DNA from: Alphaproteobacteria bacterium
GTDB taxonomy: Bacteria; Pseudomonadota; Alphaproteobacteria; SP197
Assembly: GCA_963666905.2 (NCBI GenBank)
Contig: OY763008.1
Span: 4,135,469 to 4,199,468, forward strand
Direction of reading: 5' to 3'
DNA: 64,000 bases
Below, in pieces: positions 9,497 to 18,193 of this stretch. Numbering within the stretch: the first letter of the stretch is position 1; every line of letters begins with the position of its first letter. Under the pieces are notes generated by a model. It did no database searches. It was not told the origin of the DNA and was given only the letters and a program-made list of their open reading frames with translations. Position numbers and translations under genes: made by a program.

Positions 9497-10359
9497 CATC
9501 CAGCGACACCATCATCGCCTTCCAGGGGAAACCGGGCGCCTACTCCCACCTTGCCTGCCAGGAGGCCTTCCCGGCGCTCGAGGTGATGCCGTGCGCCTCG
9601 TTCGAGGACGTGTTCCAGGCCGTGGAAGGAGGCGAGGCGCATCTTGCCATGCTGCCGGTCGAGAACTCCGTTGCCGGTCGCGTGGCGGACGTCCATCACC
9701 TGATGCCGCTCTCTCCCCTGCAGATCGTCGGCGAGCACTTCCAGAGGGTGAATCACAACCTTCTGGGCCTTCCGGGCGCGACGCAGGCAGACCTGCGCGT
9801 CGTCCACTCCCACGTGCAGGCACTCGGCCAGTGCCGGCGCGCCCTGCGCCGGCTCGGCGTCGAACCCATGGTTCACGCCGATACCGCAGGCGCGGCCCAC
9901 GATGTCGCCGCCAGGGCGGACCCGGCGCATGGCGCCATCGCCTCGGCGCTTGCGGCGAGAATCCACGGCCTCGAGATCCTGGCGACCGATCTGGAGGATG
10001 CGGACCACAACCACACCCGGTTCCTGGTTCTCTCGCGCCCGGCGGCGCTGCCGGACCCTGCATGCGGCCGGCTGATCACCAGCATGATCTTCCGGGTGCG
10101 CAGCGTGCCGGCGGCCCTCTACAAGGCCCTTGGAGGGTTCGCGACCAACGGGGTCAACCTCACCAAGATCGAGAGCTACATGCTCGGCGGCACTTTCAGC
10201 GCGGCGCAGTTCCACGTCGATGCCGAGGGTCATCCCGAAGACGATTCGATGCGTCTTGCCCTGGAGGAACTGCGGTTCTTCGCGCGCGAAGTGAGGATGC
10301 TCGGGACCTACAAGGCACATCCCTACCGGGCAGCCGCACAGGACCGTGCCGCCGAATGA
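9493..10359 (+). CDS. pheA: Prephenate dehydratase
   Basis: AFQGKPGAYS, PVENS, NHTRF, NLTKIES; ATGA-coupled to kdsB. Confidence 0.95.
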   Translation: MTSSDTIIAFQGKPGAYSHLACQEAFPALEVMPCASFEDVFQAVEGGEAHLAMLPVENSVAGRVADVHHLMPLSPLQIVGEHFQRVNHNLLGLPGATQADLRVVHSHVQALGQCRRALRRLGVEPMVHADTAGAAHDVAARADPAHGAIASALAARIHGLEILATDLEDADHNHTRFLVLSRPAALPDPACGRLITSMIFRVRSVPAALYKALGGFATNGVNLTKIESYMLGGTFSAAQFHVDAEGHPEDDSMRLALEELRFFAREVRMLGTYKAHPYRAAAQDRAAE

Positions 10360-10528
10360 AGGTGCCGCAGACCGCCGGAGCAGCAGGTACACCGTCCCGT
10401 TCAGGTCCTTTCCTCTTTCCTATCATGCCCCGTGAACGGGACTCCCCGGATGGTGCCGGCGAATTCGGCTTCTGTATCTCGCCGCATGGCGTGGCGTGTG
10501 CACAAGGCAGTGTTCGGCGTGCGGGGAC

Positions 10529-10573
10529 CGGTCGCGCGAGCAAGATTCAAATCTGCGACCTTCAGGTCATGAA
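10529..10573 (-). repeat. Degenerate tRNA-fMet 3' half (att-like scar)
   Basis: TTCATGACCTGAAGGTCGCAGATTTGAATCTTGCTCGCGCGACCG aligns ungapped (about 35/45 by eye) to a typical alphaproteobacterial fMet tRNA, recalled from memory, from anticodon loop to CCA; no 5' half. Confidence 0.65.
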
Positions 10574-10629
10574 ACTCGCGTTGATGTTGGGACCACATGG
10601 TACATTGACAGACCGATTTCCGACTTCGA

Positions 10630-10957
10630 CGCACCAATCGTTGTTGAAACCCGACTGATGATCAGTTGGTTGCCACACATCAGGGACTCATTCCATCGGC
10701 TGTCAGCCTGGCAACAGCCATGTCTGCTGTTGCTCTGCGAACTTCCCGGCTGCTGTGTGGCCTCGCACGTGAAGATCATGTCGGTCGGTTCCCCGCCGAT
10801 GTCGTGGAGACTCTGATCCATTTGGGACAGCACGCTTCCCCGCTCCAAGTGGAGCGACGTCGGCGAGCTTGTCGACGCACTTCTCCGTGCCGGTCTGCCC
10901 GCTGAGACTCAGCGCCGGTTGCCCGGGCTTGCTGTACCTTTCCTTTCGGGACGTTAG
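10630..10957 (+). pseudogene. Frameshifted C-terminal gene remnant (weak resemblance to DUF4020/SIR2-associated C-termini)
   Basis: Protein-like segments in shifting frames: ETRLMISWLPHIRDSF / PSAVSLATAM...RFPADVVETLIHL / WSDVGELVDALL. Confidence 0.3.
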
Positions 10958-11621
10958 AAGCGGATTGGCGCGGACAACGGCGTTTGGAGGACATCGCGCA
11001 AGTTACTGTGGCACTCGATCCACGCGCGAACGTCAGATGAAATCCATTCCAGAGCCTCCAGGAGATTATCGTGATCCTTGTTCAGATCCCGTCCGACAAT
11101 CGGTTCGTGATGTGCGATCCGGTTTCGAAGCTGTCTCAGGCTATCAAGTCTGCGCTGCACTTTCCTGCGGGAGTGGCCCGGAAACGCCCTGTGCAGGGCC
11201 GGACGCCAAAGCGTCCTGTCGTATTCCGCCTTGCGGCCGTCATTGATCCGTCCGCCACGACCGACGAGCCGGACCCAGAATCCCAGTGACATTGATGCCA
11301 CGAACCGATCCGCGGTCATTACGCCCGCGCCGCGACGGAGGACATCCGCCATGCTGTCATGTGCATGGCTGTCGAGGCCGGCAGCAGGGTTCGTGTACCA
11401 TTGGCTGCCATATCGTTCCTCAAGTCGGGTGTGCATGGTGTTTCGCAAGGCGACCTCTAAGTGCCTGCAACGGCCCATGGAACGCGGCCCCCAGCTGAGC
11501 GTTTCTCGCGTAGAGCTGCAGGGCGTCCCCATGATCGCCCCCCGGCAGCGTTCAGGTAGGTTTGCATCCGCCCGGGCGAGAAAGCCCTTTTCAGCGCATG
11601 AAAGGTGTTGACATCCGTCAT
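10954..11621 (-). pseudogene. Abi-like (AbiF/AbiD-type HEPN) protein with two frameshifts near the N-terminus
   Basis: MTDVNTF...FSPGRMQTYL / DALQLYARNAQLGAAFHGPLQA / LEVALRN...SLGFW...LRQLRNRIAHHEPI (HEPN RxxxxH). Confidence 0.8.
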
Positions 11622-11645
11622 CGAACAAACAACCTTCATCATTGT

Positions 11646-11690
11646 AACCCCCCGGGTCCGCCTCTGCTTTCTGCATGCGCCCGGGGTTTG
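11646..11690. ncRNA. Structured hairpin immediately upstream of the Abi gene (candidate RNA antitoxin)
   Basis: AACCCCCCGGG...CCCGGGGTTT inverted repeat with inner CGC/GCG and TGC-AGAAA-GCA stems. Confidence 0.4.
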
Positions 11691-11754
11691 TATTTATACG
11701 GGTTGTAATCGGCCTCAATATACGGGCCCATATGCAAACTAATCCGTACTTGGT

Positions 11755-12021
11755 TCAGCGTTCATACGAAGTCCTGAGCGTTTCCAGCTTGGTCAGGCCA
11801 TGTGGTGTCTGACCATTGCCGTCAACGATAGAAACCTCATGTCCCCTCATCCTGGGGTAGATTCTGGTGTCCAGCCAATGGGACACAGACGTCGTGCCGC
11901 TGGCCTGGCGCACGTACTCGTTATCGTCGACCTCCTCCCCGCGCGGTGCCCGTATACGGATGACAATGTCCTCCGTATCAAACACGGCCTGCTCGAATTC
12001 GCCTACACGCATCAGTTTCAT
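11755..12021 (-). CDS. Small hypothetical protein (88 aa)
   Basis: Intact lower-GC ORF with globular composition ending IVDGNGQTPHGLTKLETLRTSY. Confidence 0.65.
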   Translation of the reverse strand: MKLMRVGEFEQAVFDTEDIVIRIRAPRGEEVDDNEYVRQASGTTSVSHWLDTRIYPRMRGHEVSIVDGNGQTPHGLTKLETLRTSYER

Positions 12022-12121
12022 CCCCGTTTATTGGTCCCTTATTCTAAAGTTATTCGGCCTTTGCTTGTCAAGCGGGTGGCAAATGCACTCCAGCCCATTG
12101 ACACGACCCGGGCCGCGAGGT

Positions 12122-13198
12122 TCAGCACGAGGCCTCGCGGGCAAGCAGAGCCCGCTTGCGTTCCACGCCCCAGCGGTAGCCGCCGGGCGTGCCGTCGCTC
12201 CGGACCACGCGGTGGCAGGGAATGGCGACGGCCAGCGGGTTGGCGGCACACGCGCCCGCGACTGCGCGCGCAGAGTTCGGCGAGCCGACACGATCGGCGA
12301 TCTCGCCGTAGCTGGCGGTCGCACCCGCCGGAACGTCGCAAAGGGCCAGCCAGACCCGCCGCTGAAACGCCGTCCCGCGGATGTCGAGCGGCAATTCGAG
12401 ACCGAACGCAGGGGCTTCGACGAGACCGACGATCCGTGCCACCAGGGATTCGAACTCCCCGTCTCCCCCGATCAGCTCGGCCCGCGGAAAACGCTCCTCC
12501 AGTTCACGGGTCAAGGCGGCCGGATCGTCGCCGGGCAGGATCGCGCAGACCCCCTTGGCCGTCGCGGCCACCAGGATCGAGCCCAGCGAACACTCGCCAA
12601 CGGCAAAACGAATCGTTTCGCCCGCACCGCCGCTCCGGAAGGTCGCGGGAGCCATCCCGAGCATTTCCGGCCACGCTGCGTAGAACCGCCCGCTCGAGTT
12701 GAAGCCGGAGTCGTAGATGGCGTCGGTGACCGTTCGCGACGTGCGCAGCGCTTCGCGGCTCCGGTCCGCGCGATGGGCGGCGGCGTAGGCCCGCGGCGTG
12801 AAGCCGGTGACGGCCTTGAAGACGCGGTGGAAGTGGAACCGGCTCATGCCGGCGGCCTCGGCGAGCGCTTCGAGGTTCGGCAGCTCCTCCGCCGTCTCGA
12901 CCAGCCGGCACGCGGCCGCCACCGACTGCGCGTGCCGTTCGGCAAGGGACGGCTCGTTCGGGCGGCAGCGCCGGCATGGCCGGAAGCCGGCAGCCTCGGC
13001 GTCCTCGCAGGACGTGTGAAAGCGCACGTTCTCGCGCCGCGGGCGCCGGGCCGCACAGCCCGGACGGCAATAGACGCCGGTCGTCGTGACGCAGTAGACG
13101 AACTCTCCGACGGCGCCATGGTCGCGGTTGATGACCGCCGCCCAGCGCTCGTCGTCGTGCCTTGCCATCGGCGTTCGCATTGTCTGCGCATCGGACAT
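12122..13198 (-). CDS. ada: Bifunctional Ada regulator / O6-methylguanine-DNA methyltransferase
   Basis: TTGVYCRPGC...GFRPCRRC Zn site, AraC HTH, IPCHRV active site; GGAGGAG RBS. Confidence 0.95.
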   Translation of the reverse strand: MSDAQTMRTPMARHDDERWAAVINRDHGAVGEFVYCVTTTGVYCRPGCAARRPRRENVRFHTSCEDAEAAGFRPCRRCRPNEPSLAERHAQSVAAACRLVETAEELPNLEALAEAAGMSRFHFHRVFKAVTGFTPRAYAAAHRADRSREALRTSRTVTDAIYDSGFNSSGRFYAAWPEMLGMAPATFRSGGAGETIRFAVGECSLGSILVAATAKGVCAILPGDDPAALTRELEERFPRAELIGGDGEFESLVARIVGLVEAPAFGLELPLDIRGTAFQRRVWLALCDVPAGATASYGEIADRVGSPNSARAVAGACAANPLAVAIPCHRVVRSDGTPGGYRWGVERKRALLAREASC

Positions 13199-13282
13199 GA
13201 CATCTCCTCCTTTGGTCATCCTGGTGCGTGCCGCGTATGGCGATGGCGTACCCTGACGGGTTCAGCACTGCCGTGCAGCCCG

Positions 13283-13299
13283 AATCTTGCTCTCGAACT
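13283..13299 (-). promoter_or_regulatory. Putative Ada box
   Basis: AGT-TCGAGA-GCAAGATT about 90 bp upstream of ada; resembles the AAT-N6-GCAA Ada site. Confidence 0.5.
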
Positions 13300-13554
13300 C
13301 TCCTCCGGAATGTGGGTGACGGGCGGGGCGCCGCCGTTCGAGCCTGGCTGCCGCGATCCGAGTCGGCGAACATCCACGAGCGTCTGCCCGGTGCGATTCC
13401 ATGCAGGGCCCTCTGGCGCCGTCGGGAGAGAATGGCGGCGGCAACGTCCCGGACGCGGGCGATCCAGCACTGTCCGCCGGAATTCAACACAGCCCGAGGC
13501 GCCTGGCGGCCAGTGGCGGCTCCGCTCCATGCGACTTGACCGACGCGGCCGAAA

Positions 13555-14322
13555 CTACTTCCGCGTGCGTTCCCTGACCGCCTCGCCGAACGCTCGAAAC
13601 AGCGCCTGGTTGACCGGATTGGTTTGCGGATCGTACTCGGCGTGCCACTGGACGCCCAGGGCGAACCCCGGCGCGTCGGCGATGCGGATGGCTTCGATCG
13701 TGCCGTCCTCCGCCACGCCCTCGACGACGACGCGGTCCCCGGGCTCCAGAATGCACTGGCCGTGGAGCGAATTGACGCGGATCGTCTCGCGACCGAAGAT
13801 CCGTGCGAAGGCGCCGCCGGACACCAGACGGACTTCGTGACGGTCCGCGAAGACGACGTCCGGGTCGGGATGAATCTCCCCATTGTCGAGCCGAACCGCC
13901 CGGTGGTTCATGCGTCCGGGCAATGCGCCCGTTTCCGGATGCAGGGTGCTCCCGAAGGCAACTCCCATCTCCTGTATGCCGCGGCAGACACCCAGGAGCG
14001 GAACGTCCTGCGCCACACAGGCCTTCACCACCTGCAAGGCCACCGCATCGCGATCCAGATCGTAGGGTTCGTGACTCGGATGGGGTTCGACGTTGAAATG
14101 GCTGGGATGAATGTTGGCGCGGTCGCCTGTCAGCAGGACGCCGTCGACGACATCGAGCAGTGAACCGATATCCGTGACATCGGGCGTGCCCGCGAACATG
14201 AGCGGCAGGGCGCCGGCGACCTCCGCCACGGCATAGAGGTTTCTTTCGCCGGCCAGCTGCGTGGCATAGCGATCATAGACGAGATGTCTGGAGCCGATGA
14301 CACCGACCAACGGCTTCGGCAT
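13555..14322 (-). CDS. Gamma-glutamyl-gamma-aminobutyrate hydrolase family (peptidase C26, PuuD-like)
   Basis: KPLVGVIG, GVLLTG, GVCRGIQE, VNSLHGQ, GVQWHAE. Confidence 0.9.
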   Translation of the reverse strand: MPKPLVGVIGSRHLVYDRYATQLAGERNLYAVAEVAGALPLMFAGTPDVTDIGSLLDVVDGVLLTGDRANIHPSHFNVEPHPSHEPYDLDRDAVALQVVKACVAQDVPLLGVCRGIQEMGVAFGSTLHPETGALPGRMNHRAVRLDNGEIHPDPDVVFADRHEVRLVSGGAFARIFGRETIRVNSLHGQCILEPGDRVVVEGVAEDGTIEAIRIADAPGFALGVQWHAEYDPQTNPVNQALFRAFGEAVRERTRK

Positions 14323-14658
14323 CACCTGGTCCGCACCCTTTCGCGCATCGGCCTCCCGCCTTTCCGTCCCGGCCCGCGCAAACGGATCGGGGACACGCAA
14401 TCTCCGGGATTCACCGGCGGTTTTAGAACCGGACATGTGCCGTGTCCAGAACCGGACCATCGCAGTTCAGGGAGGCCGTCGTTCCGGCGAGACGCCGGTG
14501 GCCGGCCGGTCGCGCCTTCAGGCGGAAAACGACTTCGACAACAAGGGGTTCCGGTGCACGCGCGGGTGAGCCGCATGACAGCCGCCGGACGATCGTGTCG
14601 CCCCGGTACGGCCGTTCGGCGGTCTCCAGTGTCTTCGCGTCGGCGCGCATGTGCGGTT

Positions 14659-16161
14659 TCAGAAGAGCTGGAACTGTCCGTCGTCGTTTCCTGCCGGACG
14701 CGACCGGCGTTGCCGCCGGGGAGGAGCCGTGCCGCCGCCGTCATCCACAACGGCGCCCAGCGTCGCGTCGCTGAACTCTATGGCGAGACGGTCTCCCTGG
14801 GAGGCGCCGGCGGCGCGTGTCAGGGTCGTGTCGCCGGATCGCACCACCGCGTAGCCGCGCTCGAGAACCGACCGGTAGCTCAGGCTCTCGAGCAGCTGCG
14901 ACAGCCGGGAGAGGCCTGAAGTCCGCGCCGCCGTGCGCTCCCCCATCGCACGGTCGAGGTTGCCCGAGAGGTGCCGCAGGCGGTCCGCCGAGCGCTCCAC
15001 GCGTTCGGCAAGCGCCCTCCCGCTCATGCCTGCGACGCTTTCGGCGAGCTGCGCGCGCCGCACGGCGATGAACGCGGCGGGCCGGGGCATGGTCTCGGCA
15101 AGGGCGCCGAGATCCCTGGCGAGTCCTGCGAATCTCGCGGACATCGCGTGATCGAGATCCCTGGAGGCGCGATCGAGATCCTGGGCCTTCTGGTCGACGA
15201 TGGTCCCCGGACGCGGCAGGCCGCGTGCGAGTCCGGCCACGCGCTCGGCCATGCGCCCGATGAGTCCCGTCGTGGCGCGGACCAGGCGGCCGTCGCCCAG
15301 GGCCACGCGGTCCAGCAGCTCGCTGCGCACGGGAACGGCCATTTCCGCCGCCGCGCTCGGCGTCGGCGCCCTCAGGTCCGCGGCATGATCGATGAGCGTG
15401 GTGTCGGTCTCGTGGCCGATGGCCGAGATGAGGGGAACGGCGCTTGCCGCCGCCGCGCGGACAACGATCTCCTCGTTGAACGGCATGAGATCCTCGAAAC
15501 TGCCGCCGCCGCGCGCGACGATGATGAGGTCCGGCCGGGGAACGCCGCCTCCCGCCTCGAGGTCGTTGAATCCGTGGATCGCCGCGGCGACCTGCCGGGC
15601 GGCGTCCTCGCCCTGCACGGTCACCGGCCAAAGAAGGACGTGCAGCGGAAAGCGGTCGTTGAGGCGATGGAGAATGTCGCGGATCACCGCCCCGGTGGGC
15701 GACGTCACCACGCCGATCACGCCGGGCAGCAGGGGGATCCGCTTCTTGCGCGCGGCGTCGAAGAGGCCCTCGGCTTCCAGTTGCCTGCGCCGCTTCTCCA
15801 GGAGCACCATCAGCGCCCCGAGCCCGGCCGGTTCCAGGCTCTCGACGACGAGCTGGTAGTTCGAGCGGCCGGGATAGGTCGTCAGCCTGCCGGTGGCCAC
15901 CATTTCGAGGCCCTGTTCGGGGGCGTGCTTCAGGCGATTCGCCGCCGCCCTCCAGCAGACGCAGTCGAGCACGGCGTTGTCTTCCTTCAAGGAGAGGTAG
16001 ACGTGGCCCGAGGCCGCCCGCGTGACCCGGCCGACCTCGCCGCGCACGCGGACCCGCTCGAACGCCTGTTCGACCGTCGAACGGACCTTCGCCGAGATCT
16101 CGACGACGCCGAACTCGGGAATGTTGCCTTCAGGTGAGGGTGTGGCGCCGGATGCTTCCAT
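14659..16161 (-). CDS. xseA: Exodeoxyribonuclease VII large subunit
   Basis: SGHVYLSLK, TSPTGAVIRD, ARGGGSFEDL, IGHETD, APTPSAAAE, LERGYA. Confidence 0.95.
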   Translation of the reverse strand: MEASGATPSPEGNIPEFGVVEISAKVRSTVEQAFERVRVRGEVGRVTRAASGHVYLSLKEDNAVLDCVCWRAAANRLKHAPEQGLEMVATGRLTTYPGRSNYQLVVESLEPAGLGALMVLLEKRRRQLEAEGLFDAARKKRIPLLPGVIGVVTSPTGAVIRDILHRLNDRFPLHVLLWPVTVQGEDAARQVAAAIHGFNDLEAGGGVPRPDLIIVARGGGSFEDLMPFNEEIVVRAAAASAVPLISAIGHETDTTLIDHAADLRAPTPSAAAEMAVPVRSELLDRVALGDGRLVRATTGLIGRMAERVAGLARGLPRPGTIVDQKAQDLDRASRDLDHAMSARFAGLARDLGALAETMPRPAAFIAVRRAQLAESVAGMSGRALAERVERSADRLRHLSGNLDRAMGERTAARTSGLSRLSQLLESLSYRSVLERGYAVVRSGDTTLTRAAGASQGDRLAIEFSDATLGAVVDDGGGTAPPRRQRRSRPAGNDDGQFQLF

Positions 16162-16222
16162 GGTCCGGGCATGATACAAGACATGCTCGTCAAGGCCAGT
16201 TGGGCGGGAGCGGGGTGCGCCG

Positions 16223-17497
16223 ATGAAGGTCCTCGTCACCGGGAGCGGCGGGCGGGAGCACGCGCTTGTGAGCGTGATCGCCAACTCGCCGCTCGTCACG
16301 GCGGTGTACTGCGCTCCCGGCAATGCGGGCATCGCCATGGAGGCCCGGCCGGTGGACCTTGCGGCGGACGACGTCTGCGGCCTCGTCGGCTTCGCCCGTG
16401 ACAACGGCATCGACCTCGTGGTCCCCGGTCCGGAAGCCTCGCTCGTCGCCGGGATCGTGGACGCCATGGAGGAGGCGGGTGTGGCCTGCATCGGGCCGAC
16501 CGCGGCGGCGGCGCGACTCGAGGAATCCAAGGCCTTCATGAAGGAGGTGGCCGATGCCGCCGGCGTCCCGACGGCGCGCTGGCGCCGTTTCGGCGACGCG
16601 GCGCAGGCAAGGACGTGGATCGGCGAGGTCGGCGCGCCGGTGGTCGTCAAGGCCGACGGCCTTACCGCCGGCAAGGGTGTGACGGTGGCCATGAGCGAGG
16701 ACGAGGCCCTCGCGGCCATCGACGATGCGCTCGTCTCGCGGGTCTTCGGCGATGCCGGCGCAACCGTCGTCGTCGAGGAGCACCTCGAAGGCGAGGAGGC
16801 GAGCTATCACGTCCTGGTGGACGGCGCCTCCGTCCTGCCGCTGGCGACCGCCCAGGACCACAAGCGCGTCGGCGACGGCGACAGTGGTCCCAACACCGGA
16901 GGGATGGGGTGCTATTCACCGGCGCCGGTGGTCGACGCGGCCGCCGAAGCCGTCATCCTCGACGGCATCATCCGTCCGACGATCGCCGAAATGGCGCGCC
17001 GCGGCACGCCCTTCCGCGGGGTCCTCTACGCCGGTCTGATGATCACCGCCGAGGGCCCGAAGCTCCTCGAATACAACGTCCGCTTCGGCGATCCGGAGTG
17101 CCAGGTCCTGATGATGCGCCTGAAGTCCGATCTCGTGCCCGCGCTGCTGGCCTGCCGCGACGGCATGCTCGACCACGTCGACCTGAGGTGGCGCGGCGAG
17201 GCCGCCCTGACGGTGGTGATGGCGACGAAGGGCTACCCTGGATCGTACCCGCGGGCGACGCCGGTCGGCGGGCTCGACGCGGCGGCCGGCGACGGTGTCG
17301 CGATCTTCCATGCCGGCACCGCCAGGCAGAAGGACCGCTGGGTGTCGGCGGGAGGGCGCGTGCTCGGTGTGACCGCGCTGGGCGGGACCCTGGTCGAGGC
17401 CCGCGACCGCGCCTACCGCGCAGTCGACCGGATCGACTGGCCGGACGGTTTCTGCCGCCGCGACATCGGCCGGAAGGGGATCCGGCGCGGCGCCTGA
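16223..17497 (+). CDS. purD: Phosphoribosylamine-glycine ligase
   Basis: GSGGREHAL, KADGL.AGKGV, QDHKR, GPNTGGMG, RFGDPE. Confidence 0.97.
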   Translation: MKVLVTGSGGREHALVSVIANSPLVTAVYCAPGNAGIAMEARPVDLAADDVCGLVGFARDNGIDLVVPGPEASLVAGIVDAMEEAGVACIGPTAAAARLEESKAFMKEVADAAGVPTARWRRFGDAAQARTWIGEVGAPVVVKADGLTAGKGVTVAMSEDEALAAIDDALVSRVFGDAGATVVVEEHLEGEEASYHVLVDGASVLPLATAQDHKRVGDGDSGPNTGGMGCYSPAPVVDAAAEAVILDGIIRPTIAEMARRGTPFRGVLYAGLMITAEGPKLLEYNVRFGDPECQVLMMRLKSDLVPALLACRDGMLDHVDLRWRGEAALTVVMATKGYPGSYPRATPVGGLDAAAGDGVAIFHAGTARQKDRWVSAGGRVLGVTALGGTLVEARDRAYRAVDRIDWPDGFCRRDIGRKGIRRGA

Positions 17498-17503
17498 CGG
17501 GTT

Positions 17504-18193
17504 TCAGACTCCCAGGAGGCGGTGGGCGACATCGTCGTCGAGGCCGCCCGGCTCGCCGGTCCAGGCGGTCCGGCCCTTTTCGAGGATGACGCAGCGCGTG
17601 GCATTGGCGAGGAGGTCGCCGAGCATCTTGTCCACCAGAAGGATCGACTGCCCCGAGGACTTCAGCATGCGGATCGCCGCCCAGATCTCGCTCCTCACCG
17701 TCGGCGCCAGGCCTTCGGTGGCCTCGTCCATGACCAGGAGCTTCGGGTTGGTCATCAGCGCGCGGCCGATCGCCAGCATCTGCTGTTCTCCTCCCGACAG
17801 GGTCGCAGCATCCTGCTGGAGACGGGGTTCGAGCGCGGGAAACAGCTCCCGCACCCGCGCGAGGTTCCAGTAGCCCCGCCGCGCCGCCACGACGAGGTTC
17901 TCGCGCACCGTCAGGTTCGGAAAGCACCGCCGGCCCTCCGGCACCAGGCCCGTGCCGAGACGGGCGATGCGGAAGGACTCTTGCCCGAGGATGCTGCGGC
18001 CGTCGAGTTCGATCCCGCCGCGGCATCGCTCCATCAGGCCCGAGAGCGCCCTGATCGTCGTCGTCTTGCCCATGCCGTTGCGTCCCATCAGCGCCACAAC
18101 CTCGCCGGCGCCGACCTCGAGGTCGACGCCGAACAGCGCCTGGCTGGGGCCGTACCATGCCTCGAGACGGCGGATGCCGAGGAGCGGCGTCAC
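17504..18193 (-). CDS. Branched-chain-type ABC transporter ATPase (LivF-like)
   Basis: GRNGMGKTT, LSGGEQQM, DEATEGLAP; GTG start overlaps the upstream stop. Confidence 0.9.
   Translation of the reverse strand: MTPLLGIRRLEAWYGPSQALFGVDLEVGAGEVVALMGRNGMGKTTTIRALSGLMERCRGGIELDGRSILGQESFRIARLGTGLVPEGRRCFPNLTVRENLVVAARRGYWNLARVRELFPALEPRLQQDAATLSGGEQQMLAIGRALMTNPKLLVMDEATEGLAPTVRSEIWAAIRMLKSSGQSILLVDKMLGDLLANATRCVILEKGRTAWTGEPGGLDDDVAHRLLGV

Noticed and set aside
10878-10902. Minus-strand CAGACCGGCACGGAGAA reminiscent of IS110/IS1111 non-coding ends
   Set aside because: No transposase nearby and the short match is better explained by the plus-strand coding remnant.
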